This document shows positions 31,042-45,033 of a stretch of DNA of 64,000 bases, piece by piece. Origin of the DNA: the human T2T-CHM13v2.0 reference genome, Homo sapiens; assembly GCF_009914755.1 (NCBI RefSeq), contig NC_060940.1; one strand, written 5' to 3'. The notes under the pieces are model-generated. The model saw only the letters and a list, made by a program, of their open reading frames with translations. It was not told where the DNA came from and did no database searches. Position numbers and translations under genes: made by a program. Every line of letters starts with the position of its first letter. Position 1 is the first letter of the stretch.

Positions 31042-31869
31042 GCTGTGATGGTGAGAATTGGTGGAGGTAGCATTTAGAAAGAGGTTCAAGCACAATTCGT
31101 CTTTGGATTTTCTTACTCTCCAGTGTGTACCTAGAGCCTCATCATTCCTTGCCACGTATTTTTTTCTTAATGTCTTCCTCTACCTTACTCTTTAATCCTT
31201 CACTCACATTTGGTAAAGCACACTTGTCTTATAATTCAACGCTCTGTGCTCGCTCTGGAAACATTTCTTGCTTCTGGCTGCATACATTTAACCTTCTAGA
31301 TAATGAGTTGTACTTATTCTGTTTAGGAAATGTCACCAGAATAAGTAAGCATGATGTACCACATAAAAGTCAATAGGCTGAAATGGGATGACTTATTCTG
31401 TCACCGTATCACTTATACAGAGCCTGGGAAAGGATATTCTGGCAGCATCCTACTGCTTCTACAGGGCCTCCAGAATTTTTTCTTGCAAGGCAGTAGAGGG
31501 ACTAGGTGTGCAGCAGTAGAGCCTAGGATTAACGATTATTGCCTTTGATAGAAAGATGTGAGTTATGTGAGTGGTACTTGGGTGATTTCAGGGCTGTGGG
31601 TCAGGAGGACTACCAGCAATGCTCTGAACTCTAGATGAAATGATAGAATGAGAACCAAAGATGGTTGTGTCCTTAAATTTGATACCTTTGACTATTGGTT
31701 TGAAGGATTTTCCTGATATTAAAAATTTTAGAAAATCCATGTCTCTGTATTTTGCTCTTTAGTAAATATTAGAAACATGAAAAGGGGAAGCAAGTGGCCT
31801 GATTCAGATAATCACTTTCTCTGGGAGAGTCTAACTTGTTTCTGCAAATGAAAATTAGCACGTGGCACT

Positions 31870-32402
31870 TGGTGGATACTTAAAAACAATTGCACCAGAC
31901 ACAGCAAGGAAAACTTTACTCAAAACTACTGCAATAGAGGTTAGGACTGCATTAGGGGAGAAAGATTAAACTCAACTTCTTTGAAACAAAAGACAGGAGG
32001 ATTTTTAAGGGCTTTGGGTGAGCTAGTGGAAAAGCCCTGGAGGACATTAGGGGTAAGACTGACCAATGTGATGAGGTCGTCTCTGTGTGCTAATTGTTAC
32101 TTATGGAAGTTAGGCTCCTACCCTCCCACAGAGGCTGGGAGACAGGGATCCTATCTTTCTTGATAATTACATTTCAAAAGGATGGCTCCCAGGTTGTTGA
32201 GAAAGACTTTCCTGGGTTGTAAAACTAGCAAGAGGCTGGGAAAAGATTTACATCTCAAAAGGATGGAGAAAGAATGCACAATTACAAGTTTTCTAACGTA
32301 AAAGTTTCTTTAGTAAAAGAAAAAGGAGGTCAGGTGGCTATAGTCAGGAAGAAGTCTATCTAAAGTTAGTCAAGCTGGGGAACATTAGAGACTTCTTGGT
32401 CG
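31870..32402 (-). mobile_element. ERV1 LTR (MER67/MER31-like)
   Basis: GATTTACATCTCAAAAGG..ATTACAAGTTTTCTAA..TAGTCAGGAAGAAG..TAGTCAAGCTGGGGAAC. Confidence 0.65.
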
Positions 32403-32619
32403 ATAGTCCAGAAATGCTATTTCTTTTTCTTCCTTTCTTGAGGAGTCTCTTGTATACAAAAAACAGTCCTAAGGCACCTTGGACCTGCTTCTTAATTCCT
32501 GTAGTTCAATTACGAGCAGTATGAATTTCACTTATTATTTGATGTGTCTCAAACTTGATTTCTTTATATGTACTGTGGAGATCATACAATAATATCTAAC
32601 TCATAGGTTTATTATTGAA

Positions 32620-33140
32620 ATACAGAAATGCAAGAGGGAGGAAAAGTGATAACTTAAGAATTTAACATTAGAGAATAAAAGAGAAAAGCAGTGCAATATT
32701 CATGTAATGGAATAACATAGAACAACTAAAATCAATGTACTAAGTTGTCATGTATCCATATGATTGTGACAATAAAAACAAAAATGTTTAATGAAAACTT
32801 TAGATCCAAGTAGAAGTATACAGTATAAAGCTATCAACAGAGAGTACAAATATAATTCACACAAAACTATTTCCTATTGGTTATAGGCACATACATATTA
32901 ATAAAAGTGTATGCAGTTGGGTGGTAAGGATAAACACCAGCTTCTTGATAATGTTGCCTCTGGAAGCAAAGGAGGGAAATGAGCTTGGGTGGGACTAAGA
33001 GTTTCCACCCTATCTGTAGCATTTAATTTCTTATGAAAAGGTTGTAATCAAATATGACAAAATGCCAATCTAGCATTTTAGGAGTGGATTCATAATTTTT
33101 CTCATTCTCTTTGAAATTTAAGTACTTTATCATGGAAAAA
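32620..33140 (+). mobile_element. Old L1M (L1ME-like) fragment
   Basis: A-rich, with GATAATGTTGCCTCTGG..GGAGGGAAATGAG..AAATATGACAAAATG typical of L1ME 3' ends. Confidence 0.45.
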
Positions 33141-33165
33141 AAGGAGAGAGAGAAAAAGAAAGGAA

Positions 33166-33360
33166 GCCCGGCTGGGTGGCTCACGCCTGTAATCCCAGTA
33201 CTTTGGGAGGCCGGGGCGGGTGGATCATGAGGTCAGGAGATCGAGACCATCCTGGCTAACACGGTGAAACCCGGTCTACTTGAACCTGGGAGGTGGAGGT
33301 TGCAGTGAGCAGAGATCGCGCCACTGAACTCCAGCTAGGTGACAGAGTGAGACTCTGTCT

Positions 33361-33398
<38 letters not shown>
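33166..33398 (+). mobile_element. Internally deleted Alu (AluSc8/Y-like), A37 tail
   Basis: GAGACCATCCTGGCTAACACGG; left arm joins directly to TGAACCTGGGAGG; TSD AGAAAGGAAG. Confidence 0.92.
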
Positions 33399-33404
<6 letters not shown>

Positions 33405-34179
33405 GGAAGAGGGAGTCAGAACCAGAGATTCCTCTCTCTCTCTATCCATAGGTCTTAGAGAGAAGTGAAGGGGAGAGAAGCTGAAAATAGATTTAACAAA
33501 CAGTCCCACACTACATTATGCCCGAGGCATCCAGTACACAGAGAGACATTCAAATAGGCTGTTGGAGAGGTGCTGATTGTTTTGGCTGTCTCTGCTCTCA
33601 TTTGATTGAAGCAGCACAGGTTTTAAGAGCTTCAAACCCCAGCTCTGATCTGAAAATGAAGTTAGGTGTTTGAGAAACAGCTGTTAGAAACAGCTCGGCT
33701 CCCTCTGGAGCCTCTAGTGGGCTTCAAAGCAGCTGCTGGAAGGGAGGGAGGCAAGCAAACTATCTTGGGCATATTTGTATGTTAATAAAAACAAAATGTC
33801 TCTCCCTACATAAAACATTGCTGTTTCCGTAGGATGAAGAATTCAATTTTAATCTCATCTTTCTTTCCCTTTCAAGATTTTTAACAAGAATGTAGAGCAC
33901 TATCTTTCCTTACCCTGAGTGTCTTTGGATTCAAACAGCTCTGGATTTCTACCCCAGCACCAGTTCGGGCACTTCCAATTTATAGGAACTGGGACAAAGT
34001 AATTAACCTCTTTGAGCCTCAGTTTCCTCTTTTGTCAGTTAGCTTAGACCCTTATTGTGATAATGCATATAAGGAACTTGAAAAATGGTAGAACTCAATA
34101 TGAGTGAATACTTTCCACTAACATCATTCAGGTACACGTTCATTTTACTGAAATATCTTTTGCTTGCTTTTTTCAATAA

Positions 34180-34297
34180 CAGGATGATTGGCTTGTCTTG
34201 GTTTGCCTGAGACTTTTCCAGTTTTAACTCAGAAAGTCCTGTGTCCTTTTTGGGAAACTTCTCAGTCCTCAGCAAACCAGGATGGTTCATCATCCCA
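34180..34297. mobile_element. MER94-like palindromic hAT MITE
   Basis: GGATGA..TCTTGGTTTGCCTGAGACT / AGTCCTCAGCAAACCAGGATG..TCATCC inverted arms. Confidence 0.7.
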
Positions 34298-34642
34298 CAT
34301 TGTATTCTGCACAGGACAGAGACCTTGCCCTCAGGAAGTTAATAATCTACCTTTAATGCTTAATTCCCTCATCATTTTTGGTGTATAAATTGTTATTACT
34401 GTTTATTTTAGTATGGTTATTTCTCTATAGCCTCCCACACTAGACTACAAATTCATAGACAGAAGAGAATGCATCAATTTTCTTTTAAAAATATTTATCA
34501 TCAAGTTATTTATATTTGCTAGGGATTCAACAAACATATACCATATACATTAATACATGAGATCAGTGGAGTCCTTTTATTCCCAGTTTTGATGTTTTTA
34601 GTCGTATCGCTGAGATATTTTGGTTTTAAAATTTCTATGTGA

Positions 34643-34647
<5 letters not shown>

Positions 34648-34680
<33 letters not shown>
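34648..34680. repeat. (CA)n microsatellite
   Basis: Read directly. Confidence 0.97.
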
Positions 34681-34684
<4 letters not shown>

Positions 34685-34884
34685 TTGAGCTTGACTGTGT
34701 CAATCACTGGTGCTTAAACTTTAGTGTGTTTAAGAATTACTTGGTGGTATTGTTAAAATATAAGTTTAGGGATCTCTATTCCTGAGATTCTGATCTGGTA
34801 ACTCCGGGAGAGGGCTCAGGAATCTGTAAACATCCAAAGTGATCCTCATGCCTCAACAATGTTGGGAAAACACAGGTCTGTTCT

Positions 34885-35310
34885 TGCCATGGTTTAGTTA
34901 CGGTTTATTTGTCCCTGCTAAGTCTCCTGTTGAAATTTGATCCACAATGTTGGAGGTGGAGCCTGGTGGGAGGTGTTTGGGTCATGAGAGCGGATTCCTC
35001 ATGAATGGCTTGGTGCTGTTCTCATGGGAATGAGGGAGTTCTCATTCTTATTTCATGGGAGAATTGGTTGTTGAAAACAGCCTGGCACCTCCTCTCTCTC
35101 TTGCTTCCTCTCTCACCATATGATCTGCACATGTCAGCTTCCCTTTGCCTTCCACTGTGAATGGAAGCTTCCTGAGGCCCTCATCAGAAATAGATGTTGG
35201 TGCCATGCTTCTTGTACAGTCTGCAGAACTGCAAGCCAAATAAACCTCTTTTCTTTATAAATTGTCCAGCCTCAGGTATTCCTTTATAACAACACAAACA
35301 GGCTAAGACA
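34885..35310 (+). mobile_element. MSTB-like MaLR solo LTR
   Basis: TGCCATGGTTT..GTTGGAGGTGGAGCCTGGTGGGAGGTGTTTGGGTCATG..AATAAACCTC..GCTAAGACA. Confidence 0.9.
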
Positions 35311-35341
35311 GTCAGACAAACAAAGACTTTTGCCTCATTAA

Positions 35342-35460
35342 TAGGCAACATTTTAGTTTGCTTGGTGCAGTCCTGATTTATACCTGTTGGTCCACCGAAA
35401 TTATCAGTAGTGCCCTCTTTCACCCTTGAGTGTCCCTGATGGATACCTAAACAGCCATCT
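35342..35460. mobile_element. MER81-like hAT MITE
   Basis: GTTTGCTTGGTGCAGTCCTGATTTATACCTGTTG..AATTATCAGTAGTGCCCTCTTTCAC..GTGTCCC. Confidence 0.55.
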
Positions 35461-36274
35461 CACTTACGAGCCTATGTGGGGATGCTTAATGCACCCTACA
35501 GATAGAGCTCTTCTGTTAGCTACGTCTCTGGGGATTTTATTTATTTTTTTAAAATCTCACAGCCTCCCTCACTCATCCATCTAGTGAAGTATGCTTTCCC
35601 ACTTTAAAAATCATGCATCACCTCAAAACTTATAAGTTCAAGAGACTGTTTTAACCTATGTTCTATTCTAAGTGGAAGAGGAAAAGCAACTCACTCCCAT
35701 TTCTTAATACGTTGCTTAGATTTTCATAATGGAAATATTCTAGCCTGGAGTTTCAACAGAGATATGATTGTTACAAAAAAAATCTACTCACCCTTTTAGA
35801 TGGGAATATCTTTTCTGTACAAACAGCCCCAGGAGGCCAATCCAGAAATCTTGGTGGATAGTTTTATTAGAAGCTTTCACTGGAAATGCCATAACTCAAT
35901 TGTGTGGTAACAACTTCAACTAAATCCTCTAAATTACTGAAAATACCTGATTCTTAAAGATAAGTTAGGGAAGTCTAGTTAGCCATGGGTTTTATACTTG
36001 AAAAAGGTTTCTTTGCATTTCTTAGCAAAGTAAAAATGAGTATATTAGACAAGAGGTTGTGGAGATTATGTTCCTGGTGGCAGATAATGCAGTGGTTAAG
36101 ATTTCAGGTTCCATACTGCTTGGATTTGAAGTCCTGCTTCACCATTTACTAACTGGATGAAATATAACGTAGGATATTTGTTCTCTAAGCCTTAATATTC
36201 TCTTCAGTAAATGGGGATGAGACTGGTATAATAGCATGTTGTGAAAATTAAATAAAATAAGCCATATCACTGAT

Positions 36275-37071
36275 TTTCTAGTTGCCTTTGCAACATCTCC
36301 TTGGCAATCTTTAATTCCAATCACACCTCGGGTGGGCAACTTAGACTCTCATAGATCACATTCCATTTCAAGTACTGCGTACCTTCCTGTTTTTTTGCCC
36401 CCAGGGCTTTCTTCAAACTTTGGGAGTCTACTCAGCTCCTGTGCAAGTGCAACTGTGAAGTGCAGAGGAAATAACCTTTAAGCATTGAAGTTTGGAAGCC
36501 AGTGGACACAGGCTCCAGCCTCATGTTGTTTAGAACAATTCTGGAAGTCATTTTGCATGCTTCTCAGAAGTCTGGGCAAGGTGAAGACCTTGTTGCCAAA
36601 TTCAGTGATTTAGGTAAGAGATATTTTTCTTTTTTTGGAGACAAAGTCTCACTCTCTCACCCAGGCTTGAGTGTAGTGGCACGATCTCAGCTCACTGGAA
36701 CCTCCTCCTCCCGAGTTCAAGCAATTCTCGTGTCTCAGCCTCCCAAGTAGCTGGGTCTACAGGCACCTGCCACCACGCCAGGCTAATTTTTTGTATTTTT
36801 AGTAGAGACGGTATTTCACCATGTTGCCCAGGGTGGTCTCGAACTCTGGAGCTCAGGCAATCTGCCTGCCTCAGCCTCCCAAAGTGCTAGGATTACAGGC
36901 GTGAGCCACTGTGCCCGGCCCAGGTAAGAGATATTTTGTTAATGTTTGCTTCTTCGCTATCTCCTTCTCCTCATTCCCTCACTACTGTTTCTAAGGATCA
37001 TCTCCCAGAAAAACTCCCTCCCTTCAAACCCTAGTTTCAAGCCCTGTTTAAAGAAAAACCAAACCAAGCCA
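36275..37071 (+). mobile_element. Old ERVL LTR (LTR16-like) with nested Alu
   Basis: 3' end TTCCCTCACT..GGATCATCTCCCAGAAAAACT..TTCAAACCCTAGTTTCAAGCCCTGTTT..AAACCAAGCCA. Confidence 0.55.
36628..36920 (-). mobile_element. Alu (AluSz6/Jb-like)
   Basis: GAGCTCAGGCAATCTGCC; exact 16-bp TSD AGGTAAGAGATATTTT at 36612-36627 and 36922-36937. Confidence 0.95.
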
Positions 37072-38430
37072 TATAAAGCACTGAGCACAGATTTTATTGT
37101 GTAGTAAGCTCCCAATGAAAGTTAGTGACTACTACTAATGGTAATAAAAATGATATTTTTCCTTTGTGCTACAGGGTGAGCTAGAGATCTGTTTAATTTT
37201 AAAGGGTAAAGGAACATTTCTAATTCATTTCTGAAATAGACTTGTGATAAAGTCTTTTTTTTTGTTCATCCACATCCAAACAGTTCACACACCCTCTACA
37301 ATGCTCATTTTACCAAGATAGATATCTATTGTTTTTTACATTCTACCTTGCAGAAATGTTCTAAGAATCTTAAGTGAGTGCTTTTACTGGGTTCTTTTAT
37401 CCTCCAGGCAGAAGAAAGGAAACCATGAACATTTAGGGGAGTCGTCTGTATCAAACACCTGTTAATTTTTTTTATATTTTATTGCCGCTTCTGCAGCATG
37501 AAAGAGACTGGTTTCATTACAGCCACCGGCAAATATTATTATTATTTGTTGAACATCCATTTGTTCTTATATTTCAGAGATGTAAGCCACAATTGGTTTT
37601 TTTTGGTCTAAAGGCTATGCAGAAATTCTTGTGGGTATTCTGAAGCCATAACCATCTTTTTAGATCATCCTAAACATATATATTTCATCCTCAAGGGACA
37701 GGAGATTTCAAGAGGAGTTTAGACCTGCTTCTTGATGAGTTCTTCAGTTAAAGAAGATTCTGGAAATTTATGGGGCTGAAAGGGGTGCATTATCACTGTG
37801 GAAAGGCTATTTCTAACACTCTTTTTCTCTCCAAATGTTCAATTCCTAAACTTTTTCCTCACTGAAGATAACAAGTTTTGATAGGTCCTTGATGGAGTTA
37901 AAGATAGATAATCTCAGTTTAGTTTATGAAACCTTTTTTTTAAAGTTTCTTTTCCTCAAAGTAATAAGGAAAATGTGTTTTCTTTGTTGGCTTTTACTCT
38001 TAAAGGGTCATTTGTGTGAATCCTCATTCGTCAAGGACACTCGTAGCTAAGTTAGGTGTTTGTCTGGTCTTGTAACACCTTGTACTTATCCAATCACAGT
38101 CAAGTTAAATTGCCGTCATTGTCTTTCCTTCTGAACTGCAGGCTCCTTGAAGAAAGATCTTTTCTTAATTATTGGTTTCTAACACATAAAAAAACTTCAT
38201 GAATCTCTCATCCCATGTATATATTGTATTTACTTCATTTTCACAAATTCCATTATATAGCTTCTCGTTGTGACAAAAGTGCAAGAATTATATAGAAAAT
38301 CCTGTAATCAGGTCACTTATGTCTATTGTAGAAATCATTTCATTTGGGAAAGACATATCTTCCATGTAGTGTAAGTGATGGAAATGCACATTATGAAAAA
38401 GAAAATTATAAAAATTATAACGAGCTAGTA

Positions 38431-38757
38431 CAGTAGTCCCTCTTTATCTGCAGTTTCTCTTTCCAGTTTTAGTTACCAGTAGTCAACCATGGTCTGAAAA
38501 TATTAAGATATTTTGAGATGGAAAGGGCAAGAGAGAGATTACATAACCTCTATTATAGTACACTGTTATAATTGTTCTATTTGATTATTAGTTATTGTTG
38601 TTAATCTTTTACTATGTCTAATTTATAAATTAAACTTTATGATAAGTATGTTTGTATAGGAAAATACATCATATATATAGGGCTTAGTACTATCCTTGGT
38701 TTTAGGCATCTTCTGGGGTCTTGGAAAATTTCCCTGACAGATAAAAGGGGACTACTG
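38431..38757. mobile_element. MER44A (Tigger7-derived MITE), complete
   Basis: TIRs CAGTAGTCCCTCTTTATCTG / CAGATAAAAGGGGACTACTG with TA TSD on both sides. Confidence 0.92.
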
Positions 38758-39309
38758 TAATAGCTAATATTTGTGTAATACTTGAAATATCACTAATAAT
38801 TTAAAATATAACAACAAATAACATTTACTAGCAGCTGTGTTTCAAGCACTGTGCTAGGCACTGTGTGTACCTTGTTTGTAATTTGCAATGGTCCTATGAA
38901 CTACGTGCTATACTGAGATGAAATATTGACTTGGAGAGCTAACATAGCCTGCAAAAGATGGATCTGGGATTCCAACCAAAGTTTGCCTCATTCTACAATC
39001 TACATATTAACCATGACATAATCTATCTTGTGTCCTATCCATTATCTCATTTCATTCTTACTACCCACAGGCTATTTATGTTCCAGTTTTAGAGACAGGG
39101 AAACTGAGATTCAAGAAGGGTCAGTGCACAGCCTTAACTCTCCATACTGAAAGGGGCAGGATTAGTAGTTGGTTTGTCTTATTTTTCTTCCTTGCCTCAT
39201 CATTCCTCTACCACCTGATTTATACATTGTTTAAAACCTTGAAGACTCATACCTTACACATCAAGGCTACACATGCTTTTTCTACCTAAATAAAACTCTG
39301 CTGGAGAAT

Positions 39310-39720
39310 TTTCTTCAGCCGGGTTCTGTAGAAAGCAGAACCTAGGGCACGCACTTTGTGCTAACATATTGTTGGGGAGAGCAATTCTTAGGGAGCAGAA
39401 GTAGAGATGAAGCAGAAATTGAGTGGAAAAGGAAAGAGGGCAAATACAAGCAGATCCATTTCCTATGTACCTGGCTGGTACCTGTACATGTACTTTGTAT
39501 AAGTGAGGGTGATTGCTCAGTTTCATCGGGCGCCTTCCAAATGTCTGTGTGGACTTTTTTTTTTTTAATTGTGAATCTTGGGAGAGGAATGGAAAAGAAT
39601 ATTTCCACATATTCTCATCTCCCATGGTCTCGAGTTATCCCCATTGCATGCCAACTGCCCCACACTTCTGGGTTATTGCACTCAACCTTTCTGTAGCAGC
39701 TCTTTTGGAAAGTTAGCAGG
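39310..39720 (-). mobile_element. Old ERVL-type LTR fragment
   Basis: GGGTTCTGTAGAAAGCAGAACCTAGGGCA..TGTTGGGGAGAGCAATTCTTAGGGAGCAG is typical of reverse LTR16/LTR33-type ends. Confidence 0.45.
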
Positions 39721-40041
39721 AAAAACAATCCCCAAACAATGGAAGTGTCCATATAGCAAGTAGAGTATATGAGGTAATCCATGGAAAATCTCCACCTGCC
39801 CACCTGCCTCTTAGAGGTCCATGAACCCCAAGGGACCAGCCAGGGCCCCTGCATAGGCACTGAGCCAGTACTCACCAGCAACAGGGAAAGGTGCAGGATG
39901 TGTGTTATGATGCACAAGAAATGATGCTCTCATATTAGGCTTGCATGGGGCATCATCATAAATCCGGAAAGCTCTTCAATGTGTGACTCATTTGAAAGAG
40001 GAAAATACTAGCAGATTGAAGAGAATCAGGAATTCTCAAAA

Positions 40042-40400
<359 letters not shown>

Positions 40401-41289
40401 TTATCCTCCAGGAAGAAGTTATCATTTTCCTGACTCAAAGCAGAGGTCAGAGGTTACCCCTACAGCCCTGGTGAGGTTTAATCAAATACCAAGTGCAAGT
40501 GCATATTGACAAATTTTGTCAGGTTGTTTTGAACTTCCATTTAAATAAGAGTTTACTTTAGGCAGGTGCTCGGGATTATCGTTACCTCTGTGCGCCTATA
40601 TTCTCAGATGTCCAATAGGAGCCAGGCTTCTCCACCCCTAGTGGGCCTTACTACATCTTACTAATGCATTCCCATGAGCTCATGAAGACACAGCCCCTAC
40701 CAGAAGGATAGTGGCAGAATTTAACAGTCTTTCCTGCAAAGAAGCTAAAAACCTGTCGCCTACAGCCTATTAGAGTGTAATTGTTTCCAGGCAGTCTTCC
40801 TAGAAGGTAATCAGAAGCATCAAGCAGAAAACCATGGTTGAGAGAATCCAGGGAGTTGTCTAAAGCACAGGTTTCAAGTTTACCATGTCCCCTTGCTAAA
40901 ATACAGCTAAATCTGGATAAGTCTAGAGGGCCTTGAGTCAGGTGTGAGGACCCCCTGGCATTTATTGATGTGACTGTCTTGGGTACTTTGGGAGAGACAA
41001 TATGTACCAAGGAAGAGAGAATGAAAAGAGAAATTTGGTCCAATGACAAAGCATGATTCAGAAGGAGGAGAGAGTTGCCCCTCAGATTTGCACTGTCCCC
41101 ATTCTCCTAGACTCTGTAAGTCCTATATAAGCAGGCTGTTACAAGTAAATGCAAACTAAAACAGCTGTCCACCTATACTTTCCATAGGGTACTGTCAAAA
41201 CTCACACTGGTCATGCGGGCAGGGATGTGGTGCATGTTTCATCCCAATGGCAGTATTCATTGTTTGAAGAGCAAGGATAGCAATTCTGG

Positions 41290-41310
41290 CAGCAGCAGCA
41301 GCAGCAGCAG
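41290..41310. repeat. (CAG)7 trinucleotide repeat
   Basis: Read directly. Confidence 0.95.
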
Positions 41311-41489
41311 AAACACTGTCAGTGGAGTTATCCTCCATGTTCCCCAAATTAGGAATTGGCATCACCGATACAGACATTTAAGTCCCTGGCCTCCAGCACC
41401 AGCAACATTGTCCCACTCATCAGCAGCCTTAGCATCTGGAGCTAGTGAAGCCTCCAGCAGATGTGAATAGCTGGGGTCACACCTTTGTT

Positions 41490-41715
41490 AAGGGAGATAA
41501 GGGTCTCAGAGGCAGACAGTCTTGGTACAAATGCCAATTCCAACTGAGCCTTGATCTAGTTTTTAACTCTCTAGGCCTCAGTTTTCTTCCATAAATGGGG
41601 ATAATAATAAGACCTATCTCCAAGGGTTGTTATGAGAACTAAATAAGAAAATACGTATACAGTTTTATCTAGCCAAATATCTAGAACATAGTGTGTGTCT
41701 AATTAATGAGGGTAG
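41490..41715 (+). mobile_element. MIR
   Basis: GCCTCAGTTTTCTTCCATAAATGGGGATAATAATAAGACCTATCTCCAAGGGTTGTTATGAG. Confidence 0.8.
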
Positions 41716-42027
41716 AGGTTAAAAAATATTTGTTGAATAAATTAGTATTAACATTTTTATTGCTAATATGCTTCAGGCAAAACTATAGGCCCTGATGATA
41801 CAATAACAAAATACACAGAGCATAAGTGTACTAGAGGCAGACAGCCTGGTACAGGGTTGTGAGTGTGCTTCTCTGTGTTCTTCTTGAAGGACGGGCGACT
41901 AGTTATGGGGAAGGACTGACTGTGCCTACCATGCCCTTTAATGGTGATGGTGCTGAGGCCATCTCAGGACCACCTAGGTGCCTAGAAACACTTGTGCTAC
42001 ACCTTCTAGAAGGGTTTGGGCTAGTTT

Positions 42028-42250
42028 AGGACTTGCAAACTTTTTCTGTAAAGGGCAGGTTGATAAATATTTTAGGCTTCACGGGACTTATTGTCTTTGC
42101 TACAGCTACTCACCTCTGCCATTGTTGCATAGAAGTAGTCACAGAAAATATGTAAAAGGATGAGTGTGGCTGTTTTCTAATAAAACTTTATTTACAAAAA
42201 CAGGGCATGGGCCAGATTTAGCCCTTGGGCTACCATTTGCCTAACCCTCA
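42028..42250. mobile_element. MER58A hAT MITE
   Basis: GCAAACTTTTTCTGTAAAGGGC..AATAAAACTTTATTTACAAAAACAGG; 8-bp TSD GCTAGTTT / GCTAGTTA. Confidence 0.9.
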
Positions 42251-43204
42251 GCTAGTTAAAGCAACAGCATGGTTAGACTAAAGTAGAAGCTTCTGTCTTA
42301 CTCCTAACAGATCAGAAAACAAACTCCTTCTGCTTCTAATATTGTGCCATTTCTTTCTCTGCCATTAACATTTTATTTTGACTTTATAACTCTTTAACTG
42401 CATGAAACATTTACATAAAACAGTAAAGTATAGTGATGTATTCATTATTTTTTAATACCTAGAAGAAGAGTGAAAATGAAATGTACTCACTAGCTGCCAT
42501 AGTCAACTGATAAAATTATATGTTCTCCATTCATCGATCAGTATATAAATGATATGTGAAATATATATTCTATTATTTTATACGGATAATGTGTGAACGT
42601 CATAATTACATATAACACTAAATTCCAACTCATTCTGTGAGAGACATGAAGCCAGGGAATAACTGAAAAATCATGTCCTAGCCATAATATAATCTTCAGG
42701 ATTATGTTCAATATGTACATTAAGTAAAATGAAAACAAGCTATAAAATTTAGCATCAAGGGAGTACTTTCATACAAGTCAACTTGAGTATCTAAATATTC
42801 CCTCTGTTTACATAATACGTAGAGTAGATATTTGTCTGTAAAGGAATGCAGGATGCTTCAAGTATTACTAAAATAGAGTTTTACAAATATATGGTGCAAT
42901 GTATGTGTTTATATATATACATGCATATTCATAGACCCTCATATATACCACATCTACTCACAATATACATATGTACATATATGTATATGTGTGCATATAT
43001 TGTGCCTGCGTGCACACATACATGCACACATGTATTCATATTTTTGAAGCTCTGTTGACTTAATCTCCTTTTATTTAGGCTTAGGCAGTGTTAAAGACAA
43101 TAAAAGAAGAGAGCTTAGACATCAGCATCCATCTTATTTTTACTGGATTACTTGCTAATGATGATGACCTGCAAGTTAAGTATGGTCTATTCAAGATACT
43201 ATGA

Positions 43205-43531
<327 letters not shown>

Positions 43532-44369
43532 CAGAATAAGTCAGTATTCTAAACATCCTCTTCTCCACTCTCGCTATCACACCATGCCTAAGCTCTCCTC
43601 ATCTCTACCTCCAGTCAGTAACTCTTCTCCTGGCTGGAAATTTCCTTTTAGTTTACTACTCTTTTCATTATACTGAGACTTTATTATTATTTTTATTTCA
43701 AGCTTGTGTGGGCTTCAGACCGCATTTGTCATTAGAAATGCAATAATGCAATCACTTGTAAAAGATTTATGGTTTTCAACAGTGAAGTACATTTTCTACT
43801 ATTCTGCTATCATGCCTTTGTAGATATTTGTAAGTATTCTGAGATAGCAAATGAGCTCTTAATAAATATTACCATTTGCAACTACTTATTTAGGTGATTC
43901 AAGGTCTGCTGAATGTTATGAAATCAAAATAAATTGTGGAAATAAATTAGCTGAGGCTGACAAAAGGCTTGCTCTCATGCTTAATTCTCATTTCAAATGA
44001 TTTTACTGATTGAAATGATCTTATTCGTATGGATTAACTTGTAATATTTCATCTTTGAACTTATAAGATAAATGTGCACTAATAAAATGTAACTTTTATC
44101 AATTTTCCAAAGTGCATTTAATGTAAAATATCTTATTTTAAAAAGTTTCTTGGTATTAAAAACACAAATTAAAATGAGCAAAACAATAAAATAAATATAA
44201 TGCTAAAAGGAGGCTGTTGACAAGTGAATGTGCCATATCCTGAGATACTTAACCAAACTTAATTCGGTAATGACAGCTTAATAAATAAATAACTTCCAAG
44301 ACTAGTTTTCTGAAATGGTTGCAGAAAGAGCCCAGATATTCACGCAGAAACTCATTTATGGGTCCCCAG

Positions 44370-45033
44370 TGTAACCGCCCAATGGGTTCTCCTTGCCCGC
44401 TGCCTAGAGAGAGCCAATTAATCAAGATGAAAATTGCAATGGAGAAAGAGTAATTCATGCAGAACCAGCTGTGTGGGAGACCGGAGTTTTATTTTTACTC
44501 AAATCAGTTTCTCCAAGCATTTGGGGATCAGAGTTTTTAAAGATGATTTGGCAGGTAGGGGCTTGAGAAGTGGGGAGTGCTGATTGGTCAGGTTGAAGAT
44601 GGAATCACAGGGGGTCGAAGTGAGTTTTTCTTTCTGTCTTCTGTTCCTGGGTGCAATGGCAGAACTGACTGAGCCAGATTACCAGTCCGGGTGGTGTCAG
44701 CTGATCCATGGAGTGCAGGGTCTGCAAAATATCTCAAGCACTGGTCTTAGATTTTACAGTAGTGACATTATCCCCAATTTGGGGAGGTTCAGACTCTTGG
44801 AGGAGAGGCTGCATGACACCTAAACTGTAATTTCTGATCTTATAGCTAATTTGTTAGTCCTGCAAAGGCAGACTGGTCCCCAGGCAAGAAGGGGGTCTTT
44901 TCAGCAAAGGGCTGTTATCAATTTTGTTTCAGAGTCAAACCGTGAACTGAATTCCTTCCCAAAGTTAGTTTGGCCTATGACCAGGAATGAACGAGGACAG
45001 CTTAAAGGTTAAAAGCAAGTTGGAGTTGGTTCA
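44370..45033 (-). mobile_element. LTR8-like ERV1 solo LTR
   Basis: TGTAACCGCCCAATGGGTTC...TTCA; 4-bp TSD CCAG at 44366-44369 and 45034-45037. Confidence 0.9.

Noticed and set aside
36612-36937. Duplicated AG/GTAAGA donor-like motif flanking an antisense Alu (possible Alu exon)
   Set aside because: The duplication is simply the Alu TSD. The Alu T-tract is short and there is no evidence of a host transcript.
41195-41470. Poly-Ser or poly-Ala coding exon around (CAG)7
   Set aside because: Short repeat, no recognisable protein in any frame, and no convincing splice sites.
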